The notes under the pieces: generated by a model
The model's input: the letters and a program-made list of their open reading frames with translations, nothing else
What the model was told of the DNA's origin: nothing
Database searches by the model: none
Made by a program: the position numbers and the translations under genes
NCBI GenBank assembly: GCA_964356445.1
Contig: CAYHHO010000001.1
Location: 1,725 to 65,724, forward strand
Length of the DNA: 64,000 nt
Direction of reading: 5' to 3'
From: an uncultured Singulisphaera sp.
GTDB lineage: Bacteria > Planctomycetota > Phycisphaerae > Phycisphaerales > SM1A02
Shown here: positions 26,810-36,759 of the stretch, in pieces
Layout of the letters: each line of letters begins with the position of its first letter
Numbering within the stretch: the first letter of the stretch is position 1

Positions 26810-27814
26810 ATGAGTCAATCGGCACCTCCCTTTGGCGTCCGCATCCGCGGGACAGGATCCTTCGTCCCCCAGCGCGTCCTGACCAATGACGACCTGTCGA
26901 AGATCTTGGACACGAGCGACGAGTGGATCCACCAGCGAACTGGCATCAGGGAACGGCGCATCTGCGATCCGACGGTTGAGGGCACATTCACGATGGCTCG
27001 CGATGCGCTCAAGAATGCGCTCGACGCGGCTGAAATGAAAGGGTCTGACCTCGACCTCATCATCGTCGGAACGGTGACTGCAGAGATGACTTGTCCGTCC
27101 GTGGCGGCTCGCGTTGGCGCAGCATTGGGGGCGATCCCAGCTCCGGCGTTCGACATCGGTGCCGCCTGTTGTGGATTCGTCTATGGAATGAACATCGCCC
27201 AAGCGCTCATCAAGTCTGGGCAATTCAAGAACATCGGCGTGGTTGGATCCGAAGCGATGAGCACCATTGTTGACTACAGCGACCGCACGGTTTCAATCCT
27301 CTTCGGAGATTCGGCTGGAGCTGCGATCTTGTCACGGGATCCCGACCCGAGAATCGGATGCCTCTATCAGACGATGGGATCTGACGGAAGTGGCTGGCAC
27401 TCGCTCTATCTGCCTCGGCGACTGCAAGAGGTGCCCGAAGTTGACAAGGCAAATCCGATTGCGCTTGGAAACCTTCGCATGAATGGCAAAGAGGTCTTTC
27501 GATTTGCTGTGACCAAGTTCAGAGAGGTCATCGAGGATGCGATGTCGAAGACGGGGCTGACCCCTGAGAGCGTCGGCCAGGTGATCTGCCATCAATCCAA
27601 CGTCCGCATCATTGAAGCTGCGCGAGAGAAACTCGGGCTTCCGCACGAAAAGGTCTACATCAACATCGACAAGTTTGGAAACAGTTCTGCCGGAAGCGTG
27701 GGGCTTTGTCTTGACCAACTGTGGCGAGCCGGAAAGATCGAGAAAGAACGCCCATTCGTGATGGTTGCGTTCGGCGGCGGGCTCACTTGGGCGAGCGGCG
27801 TTTGGCGCATCTAG
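26810..27814 (+). CDS. fabH: 3-oxoacyl-ACP synthase III
   Basis: 'GTGSFVPQRVLTNDDLSKILDTSDEWIHQRTGIRERR', active-site Cys 'GAACCGFVYG', 'HQSNVRII' and 'GNSSAGSV'. ATG at 26810. Confidence 0.92.
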   Translation: MSQSAPPFGVRIRGTGSFVPQRVLTNDDLSKILDTSDEWIHQRTGIRERRICDPTVEGTFTMARDALKNALDAAEMKGSDLDLIIVGTVTAEMTCPSVAARVGAALGAIPAPAFDIGAACCGFVYGMNIAQALIKSGQFKNIGVVGSEAMSTIVDYSDRTVSILFGDSAGAAILSRDPDPRIGCLYQTMGSDGSGWHSLYLPRRLQEVPEVDKANPIALGNLRMNGKEVFRFAVTKFREVIEDAMSKTGLTPESVGQVICHQSNVRIIEAAREKLGLPHEKVYINIDKFGNSSAGSVGLCLDQLWRAGKIEKERPFVMVAFGGGLTWASGVWRI

Positions 27815-27864
27815 ACAACGCAAGTTCTCTTCGTTCAACTGCACAACTCAAGGGCAATTCCGCG

Positions 27865-28839
27865 ATGACTCAATCCATGATCTTCCTTTGCCCAGGTCAA
27901 GGTGCGCAGTCGGTGGGAATGGGGCGTTCGTGGAACGATTCCAACCGAGCCGCCGCCGAGATCTTCGCACGCGCAGACTCTGTGCTGGGGAGTTCGCTGG
28001 GGAGTTCGCTTGGCAGCCCGCTCTCCAAACTCTGCTTTGAAGGACCAGCCGAGACGCTCCATCGAACCGATGTCAGCCAGCCTGCGCTCTACACCTGTGC
28101 AGTCGCGAGTTTTCATGCGCTCCAAGAACAATTCGGCAGTGTGACCATTGCGGCGCTGGCTGGTCTGTCGCTGGGGGAGTACACAGCACTCCACCTCGCA
28201 GGTGCGTTCTCCTTTGAGGATGGACTGAAACTCGTCGCGACGCGCGGCCGACTCATGCAAGCGGCTGCCGAAGCGAGCAAGGGTGGGATGGTCGCGCTCA
28301 TCGGTGCTGATGAAGCGCAGGCACAGGCGGTGTGTGATGGCGCAGCGCCGGCGAGTTCTGGTGAGGTGCTCGTGTGCGCCAACTTCAACGCGCTCGGACA
28401 GATCGTCCTCTCAGGACACGCATCCGCGTGTGATCGAGCACTCGAAATCGCATCGACAGTCGGATGCCGCGCTACGAAACTCCAGGTTGCAGGGGCGTTT
28501 CATTCGCCGCTGATGGCGTCGGCAGCTGAGTCGATGAAAGGAGCGCTTGCGGAAGTACGATTCGGGCCGCTCACGCATCCCGTCTGGAGCAATGTCACCG
28601 CGCGACCGCACGATCCAACCAACTCGGCAACGCTGAAGAAACTCCTTGTTGATCAGATCGTTTGCCCCGTAAGATGGAGCCAGAGCATGTCGGCACTCGT
28701 TGGAGAACTCCCCACCGATGCCCAGCGCCCGACCTTTCACGAGTTGGCGCCGGGCAGCGTGCTCAAGGGATTGATGCGTCGGATCGACAAGAGTTGCGAG
28801 GTCACAAGCCATGACAAATTTGACAAAGTTGACAAATAG
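27865..28839 (+). CDS. fabD: malonyl-CoA:ACP transacylase
   Basis: 'FLCPGQGAQSVGMG', nucleophile elbow 'GLSLGEYTAL' and 'GAFHSPLM'. ATG at 27865. Contains the in-frame tandem repeat 'LGSSLGSSLGSPL' (nt 27985-28020). Confidence 0.9.
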   Translation: MTQSMIFLCPGQGAQSVGMGRSWNDSNRAAAEIFARADSVLGSSLGSSLGSPLSKLCFEGPAETLHRTDVSQPALYTCAVASFHALQEQFGSVTIAALAGLSLGEYTALHLAGAFSFEDGLKLVATRGRLMQAAAEASKGGMVALIGADEAQAQAVCDGAAPASSGEVLVCANFNALGQIVLSGHASACDRALEIASTVGCRATKLQVAGAFHSPLMASAAESMKGALAEVRFGPLTHPVWSNVTARPHDPTNSATLKKLLVDQIVCPVRWSQSMSALVGELPTDAQRPTFHELAPGSVLKGLMRRIDKSCEVTSHDKFDKVDK

Positions 28840-29683
28840 AACAAGTCCAACACCTTCCCCAAACCAGCCCCACTTCGTTGCATCGATCGATGCCAACTTC
28901 GCGCGCCGCGCGACCGTGCGTTTCGCGCTCGCGTCGACGATCTGCATCCTCGTCTCTGTCGGGCTCGCAGCCTGTGGTGAAGGAGAAGAGGCTGCACCAG
29001 CGCCGGTCGCGCGCTATGAACCCCCACCGCCCCCACCGCCACCGCCGGAAGTTTCGGTCAAGTCGATCGATGAACTGATGAAGGAACTTGGCATTGACTC
29101 CCGAGTCAGTTTGCCCGAGCACCTTGCACCCGACACGACCGAAAAGCGCATCGCAGTCTTGAAGTTCTGGGATGCGTTCGCAAAGGGCGACGACATCTAC
29201 CTATCCGCACGGATGTCGGATCTTGACCGCAAGGTTCTCGCCGCAATGACAAAGGGTCAAGAGTGGAAGGCAACCACGGCAAGCATCACTTCGATCGACG
29301 TCCAATGCAAAGATGAGGACGGCGGATTCGCGACGTTTGGGCTTGTCACTTCGGGTGCGGTTGAACAGGCGATGCTGTGGGACGCAGTCCAGACCGGCGA
29401 CGAGGCATCATTCACGGCATTCCCCGGAACCCAAGACATCATTGCGCATCTCTCGGGCGCTGACTCGATCGAGTCTTGGAAGACCTACATCAACGGCCTC
29501 TTTGACAAGTACGCAAACATGCCCGATGAAGTCGTTGAGATTCCTCAGAGCGATGTGCAACTGGCAGAGGGTTCTCCCGCGGAGGGCGACGGCAGCGGAG
29601 ACACCCCATCGGCACCTCCCCCTGGTGGTGGCTCGGGCGGTGGCGTGCTGAGAAAAAAGCCTCACGCGCCGATTCCAGACTAA
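28811..29683 (+). CDS. hypothetical lipoprotein with poly-Pro linker
   Basis: Lipobox-like 'LVSVGLAAC|G', 'EPPPPPPPPPE' linker, and a Gly/Pro-rich C-terminus. The start is uncertain: ATG 28811 overlaps fabD by 29 nt, and in-frame GTG 28916 is an alternative. Confidence 0.5.
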   Translation: MTNLTKLTNRTSPTPSPNQPHFVASIDANFARRATVRFALASTICILVSVGLAACGEGEEAAPAPVARYEPPPPPPPPPEVSVKSIDELMKELGIDSRVSLPEHLAPDTTEKRIAVLKFWDAFAKGDDIYLSARMSDLDRKVLAAMTKGQEWKATTASITSIDVQCKDEDGGFATFGLVTSGAVEQAMLWDAVQTGDEASFTAFPGTQDIIAHLSGADSIESWKTYINGLFDKYANMPDEVVEIPQSDVQLAEGSPAEGDGSGDTPSAPPPGGGSGGGVLRKKPHAPIPD

Positions 29684-29733
29684 TCGGACAAGAAGTCGCT
29701 GGTTGAGTAGGCGATCGGTCTGCAGCGACTCAG

Positions 29734-30507
29734 TTACATCGCCAAACCACCGTCAATCGAGAGCACATGCCCTGTGAGGTAGCCCGCCTCATCGGATGCA
29801 ACAAACGAAACAGCTGCCGCGATGTCGGCGCCAGTGCCAAATCGCTTCAACGGGATCGCTGGCAGCACCGCCTCGCGCACCGCCGCTGGGAGCGCTCCCG
29901 TCATGTCTGTGTCGATGAATCCCGGGGCAATCAAATTCGCCGTGATGCCCTTGCCGCCAAGTTCTTTCGCAATCGACTTGGTGAGCCCCATGAGACCCGC
30001 CTTTGCGGCAGCGTAATTGGCTTGCCCTGGATTTCCCATGATCCCCGCGACCGAACCCATGTTGACGATCCGTCCGAATCGCCCACGCATCATGGGGCGC
30101 GCAGCAGTGCGGCAAGCCACAAAAGCCGAGCGAAGGTTGACTCGAATGACATCGTCGAAGTCGTCATCACTCATGCGAAGGATCAGCCCGTCCTTTGTGA
30201 TCCCCGCGTTGTTCACCATGATGTCGAGTCGACCGTGCCGCTCAGCGACCGCTTCGATCGCAGCCGCGAGCCCTGCGCCATCTCCAACATCGCACGACTG
30301 CATCTCGCATGTGCCACCAGCAGCGACGATCTCCGCCTCCAATGCCGCGAGTTGTTCGAGATTGCGCGCGAACCCAACGACATGGCGACCATCAGATGCC
30401 AAGCGAAGTGCGATGGCCCGACCGATTCCTCGGCTGGCTCCTGTGACGATGGCAACTCGCTTGTCGATTGTGCGCTCCTTTTCTACTGATCGGTGGGCGG
30501 GGATCAT
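29734..30507 (-). CDS. fabG: 3-oxoacyl-ACP reductase
   Basis: 'KRVAIVTGASRGIGRAIA', 'NNAGI' and 'SVAGIMGNPGQANYAAAKAG' (SDR Y-x3-K). ATG 30507. Encoded on the opposite strand to the rest of the fab cluster. Confidence 0.88.
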   Translation of the reverse strand: MIPAHRSVEKERTIDKRVAIVTGASRGIGRAIALRLASDGRHVVGFARNLEQLAALEAEIVAAGGTCEMQSCDVGDGAGLAAAIEAVAERHGRLDIMVNNAGITKDGLILRMSDDDFDDVIRVNLRSAFVACRTAARPMMRGRFGRIVNMGSVAGIMGNPGQANYAAAKAGLMGLTKSIAKELGGKGITANLIAPGFIDTDMTGALPAAVREAVLPAIPLKRFGTGADIAAAVSFVASDEAGYLTGHVLSIDGGLAM

Positions 30508-30668
30508 AACCTCGTAGCGCGGCGACTGAATTGCGCTGACACTTCGTGGACCGTGATCGCCCACCCCTTTCCGATTCTCGTTATCATCCAATTCGTCGGC
30601 GATTGCCGATATGATTGTCCCGTCCGAATCAGTCCAAACGATCAAAAGTCCCAAACGAGGAGCCACCC

Positions 30669-30947
30669 GTGACAGAAGCAGAGATTCAAGAGAAGGTCAT
30701 CGCAATCGTCGCCGAACAAATGGGTGTCGACAAGGCCGAGATCAAGCGCGAGACCAGTTTCACCAATGATCTCAACGCAGACAGCCTCGACATCGTTGAA
30801 TTGGTGATGGAATTTGAGGATCAGTTTGGAACCTCGATTCCCGACGACCAAGGCGACAAACTTCAGACCGTCGGAGCCGCCATCGATTACATCAAGGCGA
30901 ACTTTGGTGCGGGTCCTAAGGGCGATGCAGCCAAGAGCGCGAGTTGA
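30669..30947 (+). CDS. acpP: acyl carrier protein
   Basis: '[20 protein letters not shown]' phosphopantetheine site (DSLD). GTG 30669 is preceded by GAGGAG; the ORF-track ATG at 30615 would add an atypical 18-aa basic leader. There is an unusual ~15-aa C-terminal extension. Confidence 0.88.
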   Translation: MTEAEIQEKVIAIVAEQMGVDKAEIKRETSFTNDLNADSLDIVELVMEFEDQFGTSIPDDQGDKLQTVGAAIDYIKANFGAGPKGDAAKSAS

Positions 30948-31005
30948 TTTCGCTCGCCATCATCGTGTGCCTTCCATTCGGCAAGCAATTGGATAACAAC
31001 GGGCT

Positions 31006-32262
31006 TTGCGGACAATAACGCTGCGGCGCGTGGTGGTGACGGGCTTGGGTGCACTCACCCCGGTCGGCAATAGCGTTGCGCAGACATGGGATGGGATGGT
31101 CAATGGTCGATCGGGGATCGACTCGATCACGCTTTTCAATGCGGACGAAGACTGGGGTGTTCGATTCGCCGGTGAAGTGCGGGGATTTGATGTCAGCACG
31201 ATCGCAGATGTCCGGGAAGCGCGACGATTCGACCGGTTTGCCCTCCTCGCGCTCGGTGCAGCGACCGAAGCAGCGAAGGATGCGGGATTCGACGGTCAAT
31301 CAGGCGACCCCTATCGACACGGGGTGGCCATCGGATCTGGCATCGGAGGCGTTGGAACGATAGAAGCTGGCGTTCGGGGCATGGCCCTCGGCGGCAACCG
31401 AAAAATCGGACCGTTCACAGTGCCGAGACTCATGGTGAATGCCGGCGCCGGACAGGTCTCGATCCGGTTCAATCTGCGTGGCGCAAACATCGCAACGGCT
31501 ACCGCATGCGCGACGGGATCACATGCAATCGGCGCCGCGTTCCATTTGATTCAGCGCGGAGATGCCGATCTGATGTTTGCTGGAGGAGCAGAAGCTGCCG
31601 TCACGCCGCTTTGCATCGGATCGTTCGCCGCGATGAAGGCGCTCTCCACGCGCAATGATGCGCCGAAACTTGCATCGCGACCATTTGACAAAGATCGAGA
31701 TGGGTTCGTGCTTTCTGAAGGAGCCGCGGTGATCGTGCTCGAAGAGTTCGAGCGCGCTAAGAAACGCGGGGCACACATCTACGCCGAAGTGCTTGGATTT
31801 GGCTCGTCGGGCGATGCATTTCACATCGCGGCGCCCGAAGAGCACGGCGCTGGAGCGCAGCGCGCGATGTCCAATGCCCTCCAGGATGCGGAGGTTGCAC
31901 CAGAGCGCGTCGGCTATATCAATGCACACGGGACGAGCACGCCGCTGGGAGATGCGGCAGAAGTCTCTGCGGTCAACGCACTCTTCGGCGCTCACGCCAA
32001 GTCGCTCGCGATGAGTTCAACAAAGTCAGTCACTGGCCACGCCCTCGGCGCAGCTGGCGGAATTGAAAGCATCGCGACGATTCTTGCGCTGGAGAAGTCC
32101 ACGCTTCCCCCCACGATCAATCTCGATTGCCCCGATGAGGGGTTCGATCTGGACTTCGTCGCCAACACTGCGCAGGAGCGCCCGATTCAGATTGCCCTGA
32201 ACAACTCCTTCGGTTTCGGCGGGCACAACACCTCGATCGTCTTCGGCAGATTCGACGGCTGA
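31006..32262 (+). CDS. fabF: 3-oxoacyl-ACP synthase II
   Basis: 'RRVVVTGLGALTPVGN', active-site 'ATACATGSHAIG', 'NAHGTSTPLGD' and 'KSVTGHALGAAGG'. Confidence 0.92.
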   Translation: MRTITLRRVVVTGLGALTPVGNSVAQTWDGMVNGRSGIDSITLFNADEDWGVRFAGEVRGFDVSTIADVREARRFDRFALLALGAATEAAKDAGFDGQSGDPYRHGVAIGSGIGGVGTIEAGVRGMALGGNRKIGPFTVPRLMVNAGAGQVSIRFNLRGANIATATACATGSHAIGAAFHLIQRGDADLMFAGGAEAAVTPLCIGSFAAMKALSTRNDAPKLASRPFDKDRDGFVLSEGAAVIVLEEFERAKKRGAHIYAEVLGFGSSGDAFHIAAPEEHGAGAQRAMSNALQDAEVAPERVGYINAHGTSTPLGDAAEVSAVNALFGAHAKSLAMSSTKSVTGHALGAAGGIESIATILALEKSTLPPTINLDCPDEGFDLDFVANTAQERPIQIALNNSFGFGGHNTSIVFGRFDG

Positions 32263-32273
32263 TCGGCTTTTCC

Positions 32274-34268
32274 ATGCCGCGCGACCTTCCTGTCGGCAAC
32301 GGAGAGATGCTGGTCGCGTTCGATGATCTCTACCGCGTTCGCGACCTGTACTGGCCACATGTCGGGATGCCCAATCACACATGCGGGCACCTCCAGCGCT
32401 TTGGCATCTGGGCAGACGGGCAGTTTGCATGGATCGAGAGCGCAGGTTGGTCGCGCGAACTGAAGTATGTGCACGATTCGCTGGTGACCGAAGTCCGACT
32501 CAGGAATGAGCGACTTGGAATCGAACTCATTTGCCGCGATGCCGTCGACTATTGGAGTCCAGTCTATTTTCGTTCGGTCACTGCGACGGATTTGCACAAC
32601 CGACCCCGCGATGTGAGGCTGTTTTTCCATCAGGACTTGTCGATTGGCGAGAGCGCCATCGGCGACACCGTGAACTACGACCCCCAGACCGGCGGACTGA
32701 TCCATTACAAAGATGACACCTACTTCCTCTTCAATGGCTGTGGTGCGCGGTCGTATGGCGTGGACACATGGGCAACGGGCCAGAAGCGAATCCGAGACGC
32801 TGAAGGAACATGGCGCGACGCTGAAGATGGCATGCTCTCGCGCAACACAATCGCCCAAGGGTCGGTCGATTCAACAGTCGGATTCTCGTTGATGCTGCAT
32901 CCGGGCGCATCTGCCAACGTCGTCTACTGGATATGCGCCGGGAAAAACTATGGTGCAGTGAAAGCGCTCGACGACAAAGTTCGACAAAAGACCCCGCAGC
33001 GAATGATGCTTCGCACGGAGGCGTACTGGCGACTTTGGGCGACGAAAGAAGGATTCGATTTCACTCCACTGTCGACCGAGGTGCGCGATCTTTTCATTCG
33101 CAGCGAACTCATCGTTCGAACGCAGATCGATCACGATGGCGCGATCATCGCAGCGAACGATTACGACATCACCCGCTTTGCAGGTGACACATACTCATAC
33201 ATGTGGCCGCGTGATGGCGCGTTGGTTTCCCAGGCACTGGTGCTCGCTGGGCAAAGCGAACTCTCGCAAGAGTTTTTTCGTTTCGCGCGGCGGGTGATCG
33301 AGAAGAGCGGATACTTCCTGCACAAGTACAACCCAACGGGGACACTCGCGTCGAGTTGGCACCCGTGGACGATGGACGGCAAGCGCATTCTGCCGATTCA
33401 ACAGGACGAGACCGCGCTGGTGGTCTGGGCACTTCGCCGCCATTTTTGCACGTTTCGGGATGTCGAGTTCATTCGGGATCTCTACAACCCGCTGGTCGTG
33501 GATCCCGCCAACTGGATGCTGCGGTATCGAGATCCGAATGGGCTGCCCATTCCTTCGTGGGACCTGTGGGAAGAACGACGAGGCATCCACCTGTTCACGG
33601 TTGCGGCGACGATTGGCGCGCTCAAGTCTGCGGCATCGTTCGCACATGAGGTCGGTGCACTTGATCGAGCCGCTGAGTTCGAACAAGGTGCGCACCGAAT
33701 GAAGGAAGCGATGCTGCGTTACATGTGGAGCCCCGAGCGCAATGTCTTTGCTCGCATGGCGGTGCCACACGCCGACGGTGGATACGAACTCGACTTCACG
33801 GCCGACGCGAGCGCGTGCGGACTCTTTGCCTTCGGCGCACTCGAAGCGAGCGATCCGCGTGTGGTCTCGCACATGCAGATGCTCCGAGAAAAACTTTGGG
33901 TGCACACCGGCATCGGCGGCATGGCGCGGTACGAACGGGATCCGTACCACCAAGTCGAACGATTCGACACGGGGCGAGTGCCGGGGAACCCGTGGATCAT
34001 CTCGACACTCTGGTACGCGCAGTGGCTCATTGCGCGGGCGCAAACTGAAGAAGAACTCGCCGAAGCGAAACACCTTCTGCAGTGGACTTGCCAGCGCGCC
34101 TCACTTTCAGGAGTGCTCGCAGAACAATTCGATCCCTACTCGGGAGCGCACCTCTCAGTCAGTCCGCTCACTTGGTCACATGCGGCGTTCATGACGACAG
34201 TCCTGAAGTACCTCCAGCGGCACACGCAGTTGACTGGTGTCCAGCACGGAGTGTCGGCGCGCGCATGA
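32274..34268 (+). CDS. glycoside hydrolase family 15 (glucoamylase/glucodextranase-like)
   Basis: N-terminal 'VGNGEMLVAFDDLYRVRDLYWPHVG'. The catalytic region has 'YMWPRDGALV', 'IQQDETALVVWAL' and 'PSWDLWEERRGIHLFT', as in bacterial/archaeal GH15 enzymes. Confidence 0.85.
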   Translation: MPRDLPVGNGEMLVAFDDLYRVRDLYWPHVGMPNHTCGHLQRFGIWADGQFAWIESAGWSRELKYVHDSLVTEVRLRNERLGIELICRDAVDYWSPVYFRSVTATDLHNRPRDVRLFFHQDLSIGESAIGDTVNYDPQTGGLIHYKDDTYFLFNGCGARSYGVDTWATGQKRIRDAEGTWRDAEDGMLSRNTIAQGSVDSTVGFSLMLHPGASANVVYWICAGKNYGAVKALDDKVRQKTPQRMMLRTEAYWRLWATKEGFDFTPLSTEVRDLFIRSELIVRTQIDHDGAIIAANDYDITRFAGDTYSYMWPRDGALVSQALVLAGQSELSQEFFRFARRVIEKSGYFLHKYNPTGTLASSWHPWTMDGKRILPIQQDETALVVWALRRHFCTFRDVEFIRDLYNPLVVDPANWMLRYRDPNGLPIPSWDLWEERRGIHLFTVAATIGALKSAASFAHEVGALDRAAEFEQGAHRMKEAMLRYMWSPERNVFARMAVPHADGGYELDFTADASACGLFAFGALEASDPRVVSHMQMLREKLWVHTGIGGMARYERDPYHQVERFDTGRVPGNPWIISTLWYAQWLIARAQTEEELAEAKHLLQWTCQRASLSGVLAEQFDPYSGAHLSVSPLTWSHAAFMTTVLKYLQRHTQLTGVQHGVSARA

Positions 34269-36058
34269 CGCTCGCTTGCGCGACACGCAAGCGGGCGCCC
34301 CTCGTGGTGGCTTGCGCCTTCATTGTGATCGTCGCATTGACCGCACTGCGACACTTCCCCAGCGCAATCCAAGAATCGGCAGACTTGGGCGCATTTGGTG
34401 GGCATCGTGCACGCGAGGAACTTGTCCGCTTTATCGCAGATGGATCCGCGCGGGCAGTCGCGACGCCAGGCCACGATGCCGCGCTCGTGCGCCTGCAAGA
34501 GAGAGTCACCCGACTCTGCGCAGATGGTCGGTGCACGCTGACCGAGCAATCGTTCTTCGCGCGTGGATGGAAACGCACGGCTGTCGCGATGACGAACCTG
34601 CTCGTACGAGTACGCGGGACTCATCCCGACGCCAAGCCCCCCTATGTCCTGCTGAGCGTCCACTATGACGGTGTTCCAATGGGGCCTGGTGCCGGCGACA
34701 ACGGTGCTGGGGTTGCGTGTGCCCTTGAGATCATCCGCGCGCTGACTGCAACACCCCCTGCAAACGATGTCCTCGTGCTGTTCTGCGACGGCGAAGAAAC
34801 AGGACTGTGCGGCGCGCGTGCGTTTGCGCTCGAGAATCCAGCGTGGAGCGAAGTCGGTGCCGTCGTCAATCTCGATGCGCGAGGCAGCGACGGACCGGTG
34901 TACATCTTCGAAGTCGGCGCTGACGGACCTGCCCATGCGAAGCTGCTCGGTGACCTCAATCTGCCGACACGCACGACAAGCCTCGCAGCCGAGGCGTACC
35001 AGCGGATGCCAAGCGGCACCGACTTCACCGTCTATCTGAGAGGCGGACGTCCCGGATTCAATCTCGCGTTCATCGGCTCGCCGCGCAACTACCACACAGC
35101 AGCCGACACGATTGCCAACCTCGACGAGCGCACGATGAATCAGATGGGCGTGAGCGCGCTTGCACTCGTGAGAGCCCTCTCCGGCGGCGCGCCGCCAATG
35201 CCAAGCGCCAAAGAGTTTTCGAAGACAAGTTCAGCGCGTGCCGCCGATGATGCCCTAGCAAGCAGACGCTCCGCCGTGTGGTTCGACTTCTGTGGTTTTT
35301 TCATCGTGCGCTGGTCTGCGTGGCTCAGCGTGGCAGCCGCGGTCGGTTCGCTGGCGGTTTTCCTGTTTGCGCTACGCCGCACACGCCGCGATGGCGGCGC
35401 TTCGCTCATCGGCACTGCGATTTCATGCGGCGCGGTCGTCATCTCAATCGCGCTCGCCGTTCTGATCGGTTCGCTTGTCTCGTTCGCACTCGACCGTTGG
35501 AGCAACGTCGACATGCCATGGCCTGCCGCGAGCATCTGGTGGGGTCAGAGCGCGCTTCTCATGATTGGCGCCGGAGTCGCCACGATCACATCGCGCTTCG
35601 TCGCGCGGCACAGGATGTCGCGACGCTCAAGCGATTGCGTTCGCTGGGATGCGTGGTTCGGCGGCTGGGTTGTTCTGGCAGCGCTCGCCATCACCGTCGC
35701 TTCCGCCGCGCCCGGTGCTGTGCATCCTCTGCTCGTGCCTTGTGTTGTCGCTGCAGCCTTCACCATTCTTGCGAGAGCCCTGCGATGGAATTCCCCAGAC
35801 TGGTGCGCGGCCGCTGCAGGGATCGCTGCACTTCTCGTCTGGGCTCCGATCGAAGCGACATTTGCAGACGCATTCGGTCTGTCGTTTGGCGGGTTTACCG
35901 CGCTTCGCGGCGCGCTCGTGGCGATTGCTCTACAGCCCCTCGCTCTGCAGCATCCGGATCAGCAACTTCCTTCGCGCATCCGATCGACGCCTGCGGGAAA
36001 CGGATACCTCGCGAACACGCCGGTGCGAGGAAAATCCCACGCTGAAACTGGCGGATAG
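34265..36058 (+). CDS. membrane-bound M28-family zinc aminopeptidase
   Basis: ATG 34265 (ATGA overlap with the GH15 stop). N-terminal TM segment. M28 ligand blocks 'HYDGVPMGPGAGDNGAGVACALE', 'FCDGEETGLCGARAF' and 'NLDARGS'. The C-terminal half has several TM helices. Confidence 0.8.
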   Translation: MTLACATRKRAPLVVACAFIVIVALTALRHFPSAIQESADLGAFGGHRAREELVRFIADGSARAVATPGHDAALVRLQERVTRLCADGRCTLTEQSFFARGWKRTAVAMTNLLVRVRGTHPDAKPPYVLLSVHYDGVPMGPGAGDNGAGVACALEIIRALTATPPANDVLVLFCDGEETGLCGARAFALENPAWSEVGAVVNLDARGSDGPVYIFEVGADGPAHAKLLGDLNLPTRTTSLAAEAYQRMPSGTDFTVYLRGGRPGFNLAFIGSPRNYHTAADTIANLDERTMNQMGVSALALVRALSGGAPPMPSAKEFSKTSSARAADDALASRRSAVWFDFCGFFIVRWSAWLSVAAAVGSLAVFLFALRRTRRDGGASLIGTAISCGAVVISIALAVLIGSLVSFALDRWSNVDMPWPAASIWWGQSALLMIGAGVATITSRFVARHRMSRRSSDCVRWDAWFGGWVVLAALAITVASAAPGAVHPLLVPCVVAAAFTILARALRWNSPDWCAAAAGIAALLVWAPIEATFADAFGLSFGGFTALRGALVAIALQPLALQHPDQQLPSRIRSTPAGNGYLANTPVRGKSHAETGG

Positions 36059-36717
36059 AAGTCGCCTTGATACCCCGCGTCGTACATCGCCTTCAAGACA
36101 GCCTCACTGCTCGGCTCTTGTTGATTGTGGTCGAGCAGTCGGTTGCTCTTCGCTCCAAGGAATGAAATCGTTGCAACCGGACGTCGCTCAGCGCGTCCAT
36201 CGAGCATCTGCGTGACTGTCCGAAATCCTCGGTAGAGATCTTCAAGCGTGAAGTGGTCGCGTCCACTCGGTCGCAGGAGTGCGAGGACGAGAAGTCGGTC
36301 GAGATCAAACTTCAGGATGTACGGCTCGCGATCTTCCTTCGCGTGAATGCCGACCGCCGTGCGAAAAACCTTCGCGTAACTCGTCACAGAGGCGAGAGTC
36401 CACTGGCTCGTCGGAACCAGCTTGAGAACCTCGCCAAGAATGCCATGCGTGTTGTCCGTGTCGTTGACTCCACACACGAGCGTGCGGTAGTTCCCCGCGA
36501 TCAAATCGTCGAGAAGGTGCTGCCCCCATAAAATCCGAATGTGGCGCTTGGGATCGGCAGTGCGCGGATCGCCTGACGGAAGAATGGTGACCTTCGGTCC
36601 AGCCGATGGAATCTCGACCAGCCTGTCGCCGTCGCCTTCGTAGATCCTCGCTGCACTCGGTGTACTTTCGGACTTGCTTGACTTGGTCTGTTGCGCCATA
36701 GAGCGAATTGTCCTCAC
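35959..36717 (-). CDS. hypothetical protein (last gene of the ABC/GldG/DUF4340 operon)
   Basis: Balanced, protein-like composition with no family recognised. Its 3' end overlaps the convergent M28 gene by 100 nt. ATG 36699 (MAQQTKSS...) is an alternative start. Confidence 0.5.
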   Translation of the reverse strand: MRTIRSMAQQTKSSKSESTPSAARIYEGDGDRLVEIPSAGPKVTILPSGDPRTADPKRHIRILWGQHLLDDLIAGNYRTLVCGVNDTDNTHGILGEVLKLVPTSQWTLASVTSYAKVFRTAVGIHAKEDREPYILKFDLDRLLVLALLRPSGRDHFTLEDLYRGFRTVTQMLDGRAERRPVATISFLGAKSNRLLDHNQQEPSSEAVLKAMYDAGYQGDFYPPVSAWDFPRTGVFARYPFPAGVDRMREGSC

Positions 36718-36759
36718 TTGAGGATCCCTCCGCCACTCCAGCAGAAAGAATTTCGGCGC

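Noticed and set aside
27985-28020. In-frame tandem repeat in fabD (ctggggagttcg x2 plus a diverged third copy, encoding LGSSLGSSLGSPL)
   Set aside because: It is real but trivial: a short in-frame slippage duplication in a surface loop region, with no frame disruption or regulatory implication evident.
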